A DNA stretch of 64,000 nt from Bryobacterales bacterium (GCA_963422375.2 OY729427.2:1440001-1504000), one strand, 5' to 3'. Shown: positions 9,783 through 19,231, counted from the first letter of the stretch. Program-made: numbers and translations. Notes: a model not told the origin generated them from the sequence alone.

Positions 9783-11321
9783 TCAGCAAGGCAGGCGCAG
9801 GTCCCGGCCGGTCATCTCCGGCGGCTGGGCCGCGCCCATGCAGGCGAGGATCGTGGGGGCGATGTCGCGCAGGGATCCGCCCTCGGCCAAGGGCCCGGCG
9901 TGGTCCCCGGCGAGTACGAACGGCACCGGGAAGGTCGTGTGGTAGGTGTGCGGCAGGCCGGTGGCGGGGTCCACCATCAGGTCGGCGTTCCCGTGGTCCG
10001 CGGTGACGATCCACTGCCCGCCACGGCGCCGCAGGGCCTCCTCGATCTTCCCGAGGCAGCCGTCCACCGTCTCGCAGGCCCGGACCGCGGCTGCCAGCAC
10101 CCCCGAGTGGCCGACCATGTCGCCGTTCGCGAAATTGACGACGATCAGGTCGAAGGAGCCGCGGTCGATGCCCCGCACGACCGCGTCGCAGACGCCCCCC
10201 GCGCTCATCTCCGGCTGGAGGTCGTAGGTGGCGACCTTGGGCGACGGCACCAGCTCGCGCTCCTCCCCGGCGTAAGGCTTCTCCCTGCCGCCGTTGAAGA
10301 AGTAGGTGACGTGCGGGTACTTCTCCGTCTCGGCCACGCGCAGGTTCCTCCAGCCGCGTTCCGCGCAGAGCTCCCCGAGGATGCGGTCTGGGAACTGCGG
10401 CGGCGAGATCACCGGGAAGCGGTAGTTCCGGTCGTACTCAGTCATCGTCACGTAGTGCAGGCCCCGCGGGGCGAGGTCGCGCGCGACCTCGGTCGCGTCG
10501 GGCTGGTTCAGGGCGAGAGTGAGCTCCCTGGCGCGGTCCGCCCGGAAATTGAAAAAGACCACGGTGTCGCCGTCCGTTATCTGCCCGACCGGCTGGCCGT
10601 CCGGCCCGGTCAGGACCGTCGGGACCACGAATTCGTCCGTGACGCCGGCAGCGTAGGACGCTTCGATCGCGGCCACCGGGTCGGCCGCCCGCAGGCCCTC
10701 GGCGGCGACGATCGCCCGGAACGCTCGGTCGACCCGCTGCCAGCGCCGGTCCCGATCCATGGCGTAGTAGCGGCCGCTCAGCGTCGCCAGCCGGCCGCAG
10801 CCGATCTCGGACATGCGCGCCTGCAACCGACGCAGCTGGTCCGCGCCGCTCGTCGGCGGCGTGTCGCGGCCGTCGGTGAAGGCGTGAACGAAGACCCTGC
10901 GGACCCCTTGGCACCGCGCGACCTCGAGCAGGGCGTAGAGATGCTCGGCCCGGGAATGCACGCCGCCACCGCTGAGGAGGCCCATCAGGTGCAGGGCGCC
11001 GTCCCGGGCGCGCGCCATGGCGCCCCTGAGCGCGGGATTCGCGCCGAGCCGCTCGTGTCGGACCAGCTCGTCGATCCGCGTGATGTCCATCTGGACGATG
11101 CGGCCCGAGCCGATGTTGAGATGGCCCACCTCGCTGTTGCCCATCTGCCCCTCCGGCAGGCCCACGTGCGGGCCGTCAGTCCGGATCAGCGTGCTGGGGT
11201 ACTGCCGCCAGAGGCGGTCGAAAACGGGCGTTCGGGCGAGCGCGACAGCGTTGGCGGCCGGATCCGGATTGTGCCCCCAGCCGTCCATGATCGTGAGCAC
11301 GAGTAGTTTTCCGGTCGGCAT
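9783..11321 (-). CDS. gpmI: 2,3-bisphosphoglycerate-independent phosphoglycerate mutase
   Basis: IMDGWG, GQMGNSEVGH, GRYYAMDRD, FNFRADR, AETEKYPHVTYFFNGG, DMVGH, TADHGN. Confidence 0.97.
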   Translation of the reverse strand: MPTGKLLVLTIMDGWGHNPDPAANAVALARTPVFDRLWRQYPSTLIRTDGPHVGLPEGQMGNSEVGHLNIGSGRIVQMDITRIDELVRHERLGANPALRGAMARARDGALHLMGLLSGGGVHSRAEHLYALLEVARCQGVRRVFVHAFTDGRDTPPTSGADQLRRLQARMSEIGCGRLATLSGRYYAMDRDRRWQRVDRAFRAIVAAEGLRAADPVAAIEASYAAGVTDEFVVPTVLTGPDGQPVGQITDGDTVVFFNFRADRARELTLALNQPDATEVARDLAPRGLHYVTMTEYDRNYRFPVISPPQFPDRILGELCAERGWRNLRVAETEKYPHVTYFFNGGREKPYAGEERELVPSPKVATYDLQPEMSAGGVCDAVVRGIDRGSFDLIVVNFANGDMVGHSGVLAAAVRACETVDGCLGKIEEALRRRGGQWIVTADHGNADLMVDPATGLPHTYHTTFPVPFVLAGDHAGPLAEGGSLRDIAPTILACMGAAQPPEMTGRDLRLPC

Positions 11322-11408
11322 GCGAACCCTCCACCGATTATCCAACAGGGGATTCCGGGCGGACGTCGCGGGGGCTGGGCGCGATCGCGCGCCGGTGACC
11401 GGCTGCCG

Positions 11409-12425
11409 CTAGTCCTTGCGGCCCAGGATCCGGTCGAGCGCGTCCGAGGTCTGGTAGATCAGCGCTTCCGGGTAGTGCTGGAACGGATGGAAGTACTCGA
11501 AGGTAAGGTACCCCTCGTAGCCGACTCCCTGCAACGCGTCGATGACCGCGGGCCAGTCGGTCGTACCGTCCAGCAACGTGCGGAACGTATTCAAGTTGAA
11601 CTCCTGCGTCCGCTTGTCCCACTCCTTCAAATGCACGTTCTTGATCCGCTTGCCGAGGATCGGCACCCAGTGCTCCGGGAATTGGTACTGCATGATGTTG
11701 CCGGTGTCGAAATGCACCTTGACGGTCTCGGTCGCGAAGCTGTCCACGAAGGCAGCCATCTCCTGCGGGCTGAACAGGAAACCGTTGGCGAAGATGTTCT
11801 CGATGTTGATGGTCACGCCAGCTCGCTCGGCGCGGGGAATCAATGCCCGCACGGCCTCGGTCGCCAAGCGCTCGCAGGTGTCGTTCGGCACGGGAACGGA
11901 ATCCTCGAGCCAGGGCGCGTAGACGGCGCCGGGCACGACGAGCAGGCTGTCGGTTCCGAGGAGCGCCGCCGCCTCGATCATCCGGCCGGCCAGCTCGATC
12001 CCCCTGGCGCGGCGCCCGGGGTCGGGATGGGTCATCGAGTACGGCCAGAACAGGAAGGAGCAGACCCCGCTGACGGCGATCCCGGCCTCGTCGGCCATTC
12101 GCTTGACGGCGCGGATCTCGTCGTCGCTGGACTCCGCCGAGAATTCCCCTTCCAAGGCGAAGTTCGGCTCCACGGCGTCGAAGCCGGCGTCCCGGGCAAT
12201 TTGGAAGCACTCCGCGAGGGACCACTTGTCGGGATACGGGAAGGCCCACAGGTTGATGGACTTGCGCATGCCGGCGACGCGACGGCGCGGGGCCGACGCC
12301 TGCGCGCTCGCCGCCGGCGCGGCTGCCAGGCCCTGCCTCGCCATGAAGGCCGGGCCGAAGAAGGCGGAATACGCCAGGAGCTCGCGACGGCAGGGAGCGC
12401 CGCCGAATCGTTTTGGTGGGGGCAT
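11409..12425 (-). CDS. Sugar phosphate isomerase/epimerase (AP endonuclease 2 / xylose isomerase-like TIM barrel) with Tat-like signal
   Basis: RRELL Tat-like leader; GFDAVE, NIENI, HFDTGN, VHLKE, GYLTFE. Confidence 0.85.
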   Translation of the reverse strand: MPPPKRFGGAPCRRELLAYSAFFGPAFMARQGLAAAPAASAQASAPRRRVAGMRKSINLWAFPYPDKWSLAECFQIARDAGFDAVEPNFALEGEFSAESSDDEIRAVKRMADEAGIAVSGVCSFLFWPYSMTHPDPGRRARGIELAGRMIEAAALLGTDSLLVVPGAVYAPWLEDSVPVPNDTCERLATEAVRALIPRAERAGVTINIENIFANGFLFSPQEMAAFVDSFATETVKVHFDTGNIMQYQFPEHWVPILGKRIKNVHLKEWDKRTQEFNLNTFRTLLDGTTDWPAVIDALQGVGYEGYLTFEYFHPFQHYPEALIYQTSDALDRILGRKD

Positions 12426-12449
12426 GACGCTCTCGCTCGGACTCCGCTG

Positions 12450-12698
12450 TCAGTCTCGCGCGTCGGCGACCCGGTTCCCGACCGCACGCATCCTCGACGT
12501 CAGCTTGCGGCCGAGCCCCTGCAGCGTGGCGGGCGCCTTCGGGAACAGCTTTTCCATGTTCGGCGTGGAGGCCTGCGGGTGGCCGGACAGGCCGAGGGCC
12601 CGAGCGGCTTGGTCGTCTGTGTAGACAATCAAGATGTTGGGCTCGACGGCATCGCCCAGCTGGGAGGCGAGGCCGAGCAGCAGCAGGAGCCGGATCAC
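12450..12698 (-). pseudogene. Internally deleted sulfatase remnant (82 aa)
   Basis: Signal peptide, then PNILIVYTDDQ...GLSGHP...TPNMEKL (sulfatase N-terminus) joined directly to a C-terminal-like helix; no CxPxR/SxPxR motif. Confidence 0.65.
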
Positions 12699-12768
12699 GG
12701 TGCCAGTGTATCCCGTCCTCCGCGGCCGACGGCTTTCCGGCGCTCGCGACCGGAGTATAATGCGGGGT

Positions 12769-13170
12769 ATGAGACGACTCGCATTTCTTCCGGCACTGCT
12801 GGCCGCCTCGGCCTTGGCCCCGGCGCCCGCCGAGGCGGGCGAGAAGGCCCTGATGCACTGCTTCGCCTTCACGCAGATCGAGGAAGCGACCGACGCCGAT
12901 TGGAAGGCCTTCCTGTCCGCCACCGACGAGCTGCCCGCTAAGATCGAAGGCCTGACGAAGGTGTGGGTCGGCAAGCTGAAGCGACCGCTGCGCCAGTACG
13001 GGAGCAACCAGAGCGAGCCGCGGCTGCGCCAGTGGGGCGTCTGCATGGAGATGAAGGACGAAGCCGCGCTAGCGGCCTACGCCGACCATGAGGCCCACAC
13101 CGCCTGGGGCAAGGCGTACGCAAAAGTCCGCGTGCCGGGCACGACGACCTTCGACATCCTCGGGCAGTAG
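12769..13170 (+). CDS. Dabb (stress-responsive A/B barrel) family protein with signal peptide
   Basis: LPAKIEG, WGVCMEMKDEAALAAYADHEAH; TATAAT 7 nt upstream of the ATG. Confidence 0.8.
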   Translation: MRRLAFLPALLAASALAPAPAEAGEKALMHCFAFTQIEEATDADWKAFLSATDELPAKIEGLTKVWVGKLKRPLRQYGSNQSEPRLRQWGVCMEMKDEAALAAYADHEAHTAWGKAYAKVRVPGTTTFDILGQ

Positions 13171-13185
13171 GGTCGCGGCCATGCA

Positions 13186-14037
13186 GTGATCCTAGGCGGC
13201 GCGGCGAAATCGCGAGCGAGCGAGTTCGCCGGGGGCCTAGTGTACCGGTGTGCCGTTCCCGGCACGTCGCGCGCCAAATGGGCGTGGCTTGCCGACACGC
13301 ACGTCCCGGGCGACGAGTCCGTCGCGACAGGCGGGCGGCGTCCCGCGGAGACTCTCCGGCGCGTCGTGCGTGAAGTCGCGGAGGCGGCGCCCCGCGGCGT
13401 GCTGATCAACGGCGACCTGGCGTGGTCGTCGGGCCGGCCGACGGACTACGGTCGGCTGCTCCAAGAGCTGCGCCCCCTCGCCAGGGACGCGGTCGTGGTC
13501 CTCGGCATGGGCAATCACGACTCGCGCCGCAACTTGCTCGCCGCCGTGACTGGCGGCGCGGAGCCCGCGCCGGCCCGGCTCGCAGCGGTTGTCGACGCGC
13601 CGCCGTACCGCTTCGTCATGCTCGATTCGCTGATCGACACAAGCGAGGTAGGCGGGGAGATCGGCTCCGCGCAACTCGGGTGGCTTGACTCCGTCCTCGC
13701 GGAAGAGGCCGCGTCGCGCACCTTCGTCTTCGTGCATCATCCGGGCCGGTCGGCCAGCGCCGGCTGCCGCGACTTCGACGCGCTGGAGCGCGCGGCGGCG
13801 CGCCGACCCGGCGTCCAAGCGCTCGTCACCGGCCACGAGCACGAGTTCTTCCTGCGCCGGGCGGGCGGCGTCCCGCATGTCGGGCTGCCCTCGGCCGGTT
13901 TCGCCTTCGAGCCCGCAACGCCCTGCGGGTGGGTGGAGGCGCTGCTGTCGGAGCGGCGCATCGAAATCCGCCTGCACGGCGGGGGCGCGGAGAGCCTACA
14001 CGAGCTGGGCTGGAGGCCGTCCTGCGCCGCGCCTTGA
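13186..14037 (+). CDS. Calcineurin-like metallophosphoesterase
   Basis: LADTH, NGDL, GNHD, HHP, GHEH motifs; start uncertain. Confidence 0.88.
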   Translation: MILGGAAKSRASEFAGGLVYRCAVPGTSRAKWAWLADTHVPGDESVATGGRRPAETLRRVVREVAEAAPRGVLINGDLAWSSGRPTDYGRLLQELRPLARDAVVVLGMGNHDSRRNLLAAVTGGAEPAPARLAAVVDAPPYRFVMLDSLIDTSEVGGEIGSAQLGWLDSVLAEEAASRTFVFVHHPGRSASAGCRDFDALERAAARRPGVQALVTGHEHEFFLRRAGGVPHVGLPSAGFAFEPATPCGWVEALLSERRIEIRLHGGGAESLHELGWRPSCAAP

Positions 14038-14086
14038 TTCCCCGGCCCGATTCCGCATATGATGTTTGGACTGCAGAGCTTCCTCG

Positions 14087-15232
14087 ATGAAACAAGTGAT
14101 CGTAATCGCCTTGGCCGCGCTGGCTTGCGCGGCGGCCGCTTCCGGCCAGGCCGCCTTGGAAATACGCGACGTGGAAATCGACTCCCAGTCGCCCGAAGGG
14201 GCGGTTCTGACGCAGGCCGGGATCGCCGAGGAGGCGGAGGAGCGAATCGGGATCCTCGAGGGCTTCCTGAACGACTACCCGGAGAGTACGTATCTGGGGT
14301 ACGTGCTGCTGCAACTGCAGGGCCTCTACACGCAGCAGCAGGCCTGGGACCGCGCTGCCGGGGTCGGCCAGCGCCTGCTCGAGTACGTGCCGGAGGACCT
14401 CGAGGTCCGGCACAACTACAACCAGTCGCTGCTTAACTCCCAGCAATGGGACGCGCTGCGCGCCGCCCTGGCCGTGACCAAGCCGCTCGCCGAGAAAGAG
14501 GCGGCGGCGCCCCCGCCCGAGGATCCCGACGAGGACGAGGAGATGCTCTACGAGAGCGGGATCGACTACGCCAAGGGCGTCATCCAGTACGCCGAGTGGG
14601 CGCTCAACGTGGGCGTTTCCCAGAGCCAGCCCGCCACGCGGATCCAATTCATGGACTCGCTCCGGGAGCTGTTCCCGGAGAGCGAGTACCTCGCGGGAAT
14701 CGACGACAAGTACGTGCTGGCCTACCAGCAGATGGGCGATGTCCCGGGCATGGTCGGGGCGCTCGAGCGCGCCCTAGCCAACAACCCCGGCAACGAGCAG
14801 TACCTCTACACGCTGGCCGAGACGGCCCTCAGCCAGCAGGACTTCGACAGCGCCATCGCGCGCTCCGAGGAGCTCGTCAATCTGATGGGCGAGAAGCCTG
14901 CCCCGGAAGGCACGTCCGCCGAGGACTGGGAGGCCCACACGAAGAGGTTCTCCGCGCTGGGCAGCTACGTCCGAGGCACTGCCCATTTCAACAAGGGCGC
15001 CTGGCGCACGTCCCGGAGCCATTTGCTCAAGTCCGTCGACACCGTCAAGGGCGAGGGCGGCGAGCGCTACGGCATCCTCGCCTACATGCTGGGCTTCTGC
15101 TACGTCAAGCTGGACATCGCGGGCGACAACATCCCGCAAGCCACGCGCTGGATGGGCGAAGCGGCCCGCCTCCCCAACCCGATGCAGGCGCAGGCAGCCC
15201 AGACGCTGAAGGCCATCCAAGCGGCGCAGTAG
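14087..15232 (+). CDS. Secreted TPR-like helical repeat protein
   Basis: Signal peptide MKQVIVIALAALACAAAASG; all-helical TPR-like segments (FLNDYPES, ALANNPGN, AYMLGFCY). Confidence 0.75.
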   Translation: MKQVIVIALAALACAAAASGQAALEIRDVEIDSQSPEGAVLTQAGIAEEAEERIGILEGFLNDYPESTYLGYVLLQLQGLYTQQQAWDRAAGVGQRLLEYVPEDLEVRHNYNQSLLNSQQWDALRAALAVTKPLAEKEAAAPPPEDPDEDEEMLYESGIDYAKGVIQYAEWALNVGVSQSQPATRIQFMDSLRELFPESEYLAGIDDKYVLAYQQMGDVPGMVGALERALANNPGNEQYLYTLAETALSQQDFDSAIARSEELVNLMGEKPAPEGTSAEDWEAHTKRFSALGSYVRGTAHFNKGAWRTSRSHLLKSVDTVKGEGGERYGILAYMLGFCYVKLDIAGDNIPQATRWMGEAARLPNPMQAQAAQTLKAIQAAQ

Positions 15233-16264
15233 CTACCGCCGGGATTCCTCCCGCAGGGGACGCAGCGCCTCCCGCGCCGCGCCGAGAGCCCCTTCCAAGC
15301 GCGCGGGCGGTTCGCGGACGAGCCGCAGCGCCAGTCGGCGGGCATGCTCGCGTAGGACCTGGGAGTCGAGGTATTCCGCCGGCGACTTGCCGTCCACGCG
15401 GGCCAGCATCAGCAGAGCCAGGTGGCGCACGCTGGCCGACTCGAACCACCCCAGCGCCGGCAGCGGCAGCAGGCCCAGCGTCCACGCGAAGGCGGTCCGG
15501 GCGAGGCGGAAGTAGCCCCCTGCCAGCTCGGGGCGGCGGAAGGCCTTCAGGATCAGGTGGTTCAGCAGGAAGGCCGCGTCGTAGCTGGGGTCGCCGAAAT
15601 GGGCGCATTCGAAGTCGATCGCGACGATGCCGCCCGCATGGACGAGCAGGTTCTTGGGGCTCCAGTCGCCATGCACGACCGCGACCCGGCGCGCGGCGGA
15701 CTCGGCGATCCAGCGCTCCACCCCGGCCGCGCAGCCGGGGTGGAGCGCCGCGACCGTGCGGTAGTACGGATCCGTCCGCAGCTGGTCGAACGCCGTCCTG
15801 TCGGCCAGCCGCTCCCGGCATTCCGCGTCGGCCCAGGTGTCGCGAATGACCAAGCCGAGCGTCGCCCCGGCCAGCCTGGCCGTGCCGGCGTCGCACTCCC
15901 CCGCTAGGAGGCGGGTCTTCCAGTCCGCGCTTCCGGGCGGGGCGGCGCGCATCGCGAAGAGGAACCGGTCCGGGTCGAGGAAGAGCGGTTCGGGAAAGCG
16001 CCCCGCCGGGACCCTCCGGCGCAGGAGCCGCAGGACGTCCCACTCGCGCAGGATCCGGGATCGGTCGGCCAGCCACTCGTCGCGCACCCTTAGCCGGGGC
16101 AGCGACTGCTTGAGGACGACGCGCTCGCCCCCGCTCTCGACTAGGACGACCGTGTTGGACACCCCTCCCGCGAGCGCGCGGGCCGAAGGCTTCCCTTCCA
16201 GCGCGAGGCGGCCTTCGAGGAACCGCAGGGCGCTGCGCTCGTCCAAGTCGTCCGGGCCCGCCAT
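15233..16264 (-). CDS. Aminoglycoside phosphotransferase / methylthioribose kinase-like protein
   Basis: LAGGVSN, VLKQSLPRLRV..EW, HGDWSPKN, IDFECAHFGDPSYD; ATGA-coupled to mlaD. Confidence 0.88.
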   Translation of the reverse strand: MAGPDDLDERSALRFLEGRLALEGKPSARALAGGVSNTVVLVESGGERVVLKQSLPRLRVRDEWLADRSRILREWDVLRLLRRRVPAGRFPEPLFLDPDRFLFAMRAAPPGSADWKTRLLAGECDAGTARLAGATLGLVIRDTWADAECRERLADRTAFDQLRTDPYYRTVAALHPGCAAGVERWIAESAARRVAVVHGDWSPKNLLVHAGGIVAIDFECAHFGDPSYDAAFLLNHLILKAFRRPELAGGYFRLARTAFAWTLGLLPLPALGWFESASVRHLALLMLARVDGKSPAEYLDSQVLREHARRLALRLVREPPARLEGALGAAREALRPLREESRR

Positions 16265-17250
16265 CAGCGCCCCGGCCCGCCAGCCGTCGCCGGGACCTGG
16301 CGGTCCGGCTTCGGGCGCGAGCGGATCAGGGTCCACGGGCGCTGGCGCAGGTCCGCGCTCAAGGCCTCGATGTCCTCGGACGCGCTGCGGAAGTTCTCGA
16401 CGATCTCGGCGACGTTCGCCTCGTTGAGCAGCAGCAATGCCCTGGCATCCCCCAGGACGAGCCGGGCACCTGCCATAGCGGCCTCGAGCTCGGCGAGCGT
16501 GCGCTTCATCGGCTCGCGCGTCTCCTCCACGGAACGGTCAAGGCCCGCCAGGGCCGTGTCGGCGGTGCGGGCGACCTGCCGGAATTCCGCGGCCAGATTC
16601 TCCACGCGCTCCAGCGTCTCGGACAGCTGCGTCGTGATGCGGTCGATCTTCGGCGACTGCGTCTCGATCAGCTCGTTGCTGTTCGCCAGCATCCTGGCGA
16701 TGTTGCGCCGGTTCCGCTCGCCGCTCAGATCCTTCAAGTTGACCATGACGTCATGGAGGTCGTCGGCCACCAAGGTCATCTTGAGGTCGATCCGCCCCAT
16801 CAGATCCACGGCCGTGTCGGCGACCTCGGCCACCTTCCGCGTCAGATCCGAGAACGTCAGGGCTTCGGCCGAGGGCACCACGCCGCCCGGCTCGATACGC
16901 GGGGCGTCGATGGAGCCCGGCAGCACCTCCAGGTAGTTCTGCCCGAGGGCGTTCAGGCTGGCGATGGTGGCGACGGACTCGCGGTTCACGGGAACCTCGG
17001 CCCGCAGGGCGAAGAGCACCTCGGTGCGGGTCATGTCCTCGCGCGACGGCCGCACGGACTGGATCGTGCCGACCTTGCGGCCCCCGAACCGCACGGCGCT
17101 GCCCTCGTCCAGCCCCCCGATGTACGAGAAGTAAGTCCTGTAGGCATGCGTCTCGCCGGTCAGCTGGACGTTGGCCACGTACAGGAACGTCGTCACGAGA
17201 ATCGCCAGCGCGCACACGACTAGCAAGCCGACCTTCGTTTCGTTGGTCAC
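16264..17250 (-). CDS. mlaD: MCE/MlaD family substrate-binding protein with long helical C-terminus
   Basis: ETKVGLLV TM, GGLDEGSAVRFGG.KVG, LGQNYLEVLPG, coiled-coil tail ending QRPWTLIR. Confidence 0.88.
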   Translation of the reverse strand: MTNETKVGLLVVCALAILVTTFLYVANVQLTGETHAYRTYFSYIGGLDEGSAVRFGGRKVGTIQSVRPSREDMTRTEVLFALRAEVPVNRESVATIASLNALGQNYLEVLPGSIDAPRIEPGGVVPSAEALTFSDLTRKVAEVADTAVDLMGRIDLKMTLVADDLHDVMVNLKDLSGERNRRNIARMLANSNELIETQSPKIDRITTQLSETLERVENLAAEFRQVARTADTALAGLDRSVEETREPMKRTLAELEAAMAGARLVLGDARALLLLNEANVAEIVENFRSASEDIEALSADLRQRPWTLIRSRPKPDRQVPATAGGPGR

Positions 17251-18081
17251 TCAGAACCCCGTGATGTACTCGTGCGAGGACTCGTCGATGTCGTCCGCCA
17301 CGCGGTTGACGAACTGCCGGATCCGACGGTGCCGGTGCGCGAGAATCGCGTCCACCGTCCCGACCGCCAGGACCTTGCCCTGGTCCAGCATGCACATCCG
17401 GTCCGCGATCAGGTACGCGCTCTGCATCTCGTGGGTCACGACGACGATCGTCATCCGGAAGGCCTCCTTGAGGCGCAGGATCAGGCGGTCGATCCCGGCG
17501 GCAATGATCGGGTCAAGGCCCGCGGACGGCTCGTCGAAGAAGAGAATCTCGGGATCCAGCGCGAGCGCCCGGGCCAGCGAAGCCCGCTTGCGCATGCCGC
17601 CGGACAGCTGGGTGGGATACATGTCCTCCACGCCCGTCAGCCCGACCTGCTGCAGCTTCATCCTAGTCATCAGGCGGATCGTGGACTCGGCCAGCTCCGT
17701 GTGCTCGCGCAGCGGGAGCGCCACGTTGTCCCCGACGGTCATGGAGTTGAACATCGCCGCGCCCTGGAACGAGACGCCCATCAGCCGCCTCACCTTGGCG
17801 ATCTCGGCGCGCGAGGCGTTCACGATGTCCACCCCGCGGATCCGAATGGAGCCCGAGGCCGGCCTGGCCAGGCCCTCCAACTGCCGCAGGAGCGTGCTCT
17901 TGCCGCAGCCCGACGGGCCGAGAATCACCATCGTCTCCCTGGGGTACACGTCTAGGTCGACACCGTGGAGCACCGTGAGCGCGCCGTAGCGCACCGTCAG
18001 GCCGCGCACCGAAATCACCGGATCGAGGCCCCGCTCGTGCGGGTGCCGCCGCTCCCCGGCCGGTGCGGTCGCTGCAGTCAT
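17251..18081 (-). CDS. mlaF: MlaF/Mkl-type ABC transporter ATPase
   Basis: GPSGCGKS, LSGGMRKR, FFDEPSAGLDP, VTHE. Confidence 0.9.
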   Translation of the reverse strand: MTAATAPAGERRHPHERGLDPVISVRGLTVRYGALTVLHGVDLDVYPRETMVILGPSGCGKSTLLRQLEGLARPASGSIRIRGVDIVNASRAEIAKVRRLMGVSFQGAAMFNSMTVGDNVALPLREHTELAESTIRLMTRMKLQQVGLTGVEDMYPTQLSGGMRKRASLARALALDPEILFFDEPSAGLDPIIAAGIDRLILRLKEAFRMTIVVVTHEMQSAYLIADRMCMLDQGKVLAVGTVDAILAHRHRRIRQFVNRVADDIDESSHEYITGF

Positions 18082-18875
18082 CGCCAGAAGAAGTAGAAGA
18101 ACGCCGTGCAGAGCAGGTCGGCAAGGATGACCAGAAAGATGGATTTGACTACCGCGCTCGTCGTCGAACGCCCGACGCCCTCCGGGCCGCCCGTCACCGA
18201 GAACCCTTCCAAGCATCCCACGTGAACGATGATCGACCCGAACACGAAGGCCTTCACCAGCCCGCTCAGGATGTCGCGCAGCAGGAGGATCTCGACCGTG
18301 CGCCGCAAGTACATCAGCAGCGTGATGTCCAGCGCGTAGTAGCAGAACACCCCCCCGGCCAGGATGCCGGAGAAGACCGCCATGACGGTCACGCACGGCA
18401 TCGTGACCATCATGGCGAGGTACTTGGGCACGAGCACGAAGTCGATCGGATCGAGCGCCATCGCGCGGAGCGCGTCCACTTCCTCGGTGACGACCATCGT
18501 GGCCACCTCCGCCGAGATTGCGGACCCGGACCGGCCGATGACGACGATCGCGGCGATCAGCGGACCGAGTTCCCGCGTCATGCTCGTGCCGACCAAGTTG
18601 ATGACCGCTTCCATGGCCCCGAACTTGCGCAGCTCGGCACCGGACTGCAGGGCCATGATCATCCCGGTCGCGCCGGACACCACGCACAGCACCGGGAGGG
18701 AGCGCACGCCGATCTCGGCCATCTGGCCCACGGTGCGCTTCCAGCGCAGCCGCCGGCCGGCGAATGGATTGACCCGCAGGGAGAACGCCAGCCCGCGCCA
18801 GAACTGGATGGCCAGCCCGCCGACGTACTCGACTTGGCGCAGGGTGGAACGGCCGACCGGGGCGAGAAAGGGCAT
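18078..18875 (-). CDS. mlaE: MlaE-family ABC permease
   Basis: RELGPLIAAIVVIGRSGSAISAE, EEVDALRAMALDP, GGPEGVGRSTTSAVV. Confidence 0.92.
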   Translation of the reverse strand: MPFLAPVGRSTLRQVEYVGGLAIQFWRGLAFSLRVNPFAGRRLRWKRTVGQMAEIGVRSLPVLCVVSGATGMIMALQSGAELRKFGAMEAVINLVGTSMTRELGPLIAAIVVIGRSGSAISAEVATMVVTEEVDALRAMALDPIDFVLVPKYLAMMVTMPCVTVMAVFSGILAGGVFCYYALDITLLMYLRRTVEILLLRDILSGLVKAFVFGSIIVHVGCLEGFSVTGGPEGVGRSTTSAVVKSIFLVILADLLCTAFFYFFWR

Positions 18876-18898
18876 CTACCGCTCGCGAGTCCGCCCGG

Positions 18899-19231
18899 TC
18901 AGTCGCCGAGGGCGGCGGAATCCGACGCTCGGACGTCGAAGACGTCCAGCAGCCGGGTCAGCTGCAGGACGTCGCGCGGGCCCTCGTTCAGGCCGACGAG
19001 CATCAGCTTGGTCCTGTAGCGCCGCGCGGTCTGCAAACCTTCCACCAAGCTGGCGACGCCCGAGCTGTCGATGTAATGCACGCCTTCCAGGTTCACCACG
19101 ATCCTAGCCTTCGCGCAGTCCTGCGCCAGTTCCAGGATCGCCTCGCGCAGCCTCGGCGAGCTCAGCATGTCCACGTCTCCGGTTACCTGCACGACAGCCC
19201 CCTCCGCGTGATGCTTGATGTTAACCTGCAT
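18899..19231 (-). CDS. STAS-domain anti-sigma-factor antagonist (RsbV/SpoIIAA-like)
   Basis: GDVDMLSSPRLR, VHYIDSSGVASL (phospho-acceptor Ser), LTRL. Confidence 0.9.
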   Translation of the reverse strand: MQVNIKHHAEGAVVQVTGDVDMLSSPRLREAILELAQDCAKARIVVNLEGVHYIDSSGVASLVEGLQTARRYRTKLMLVGLNEGPRDVLQLTRLLDVFDVRASDSAALGD

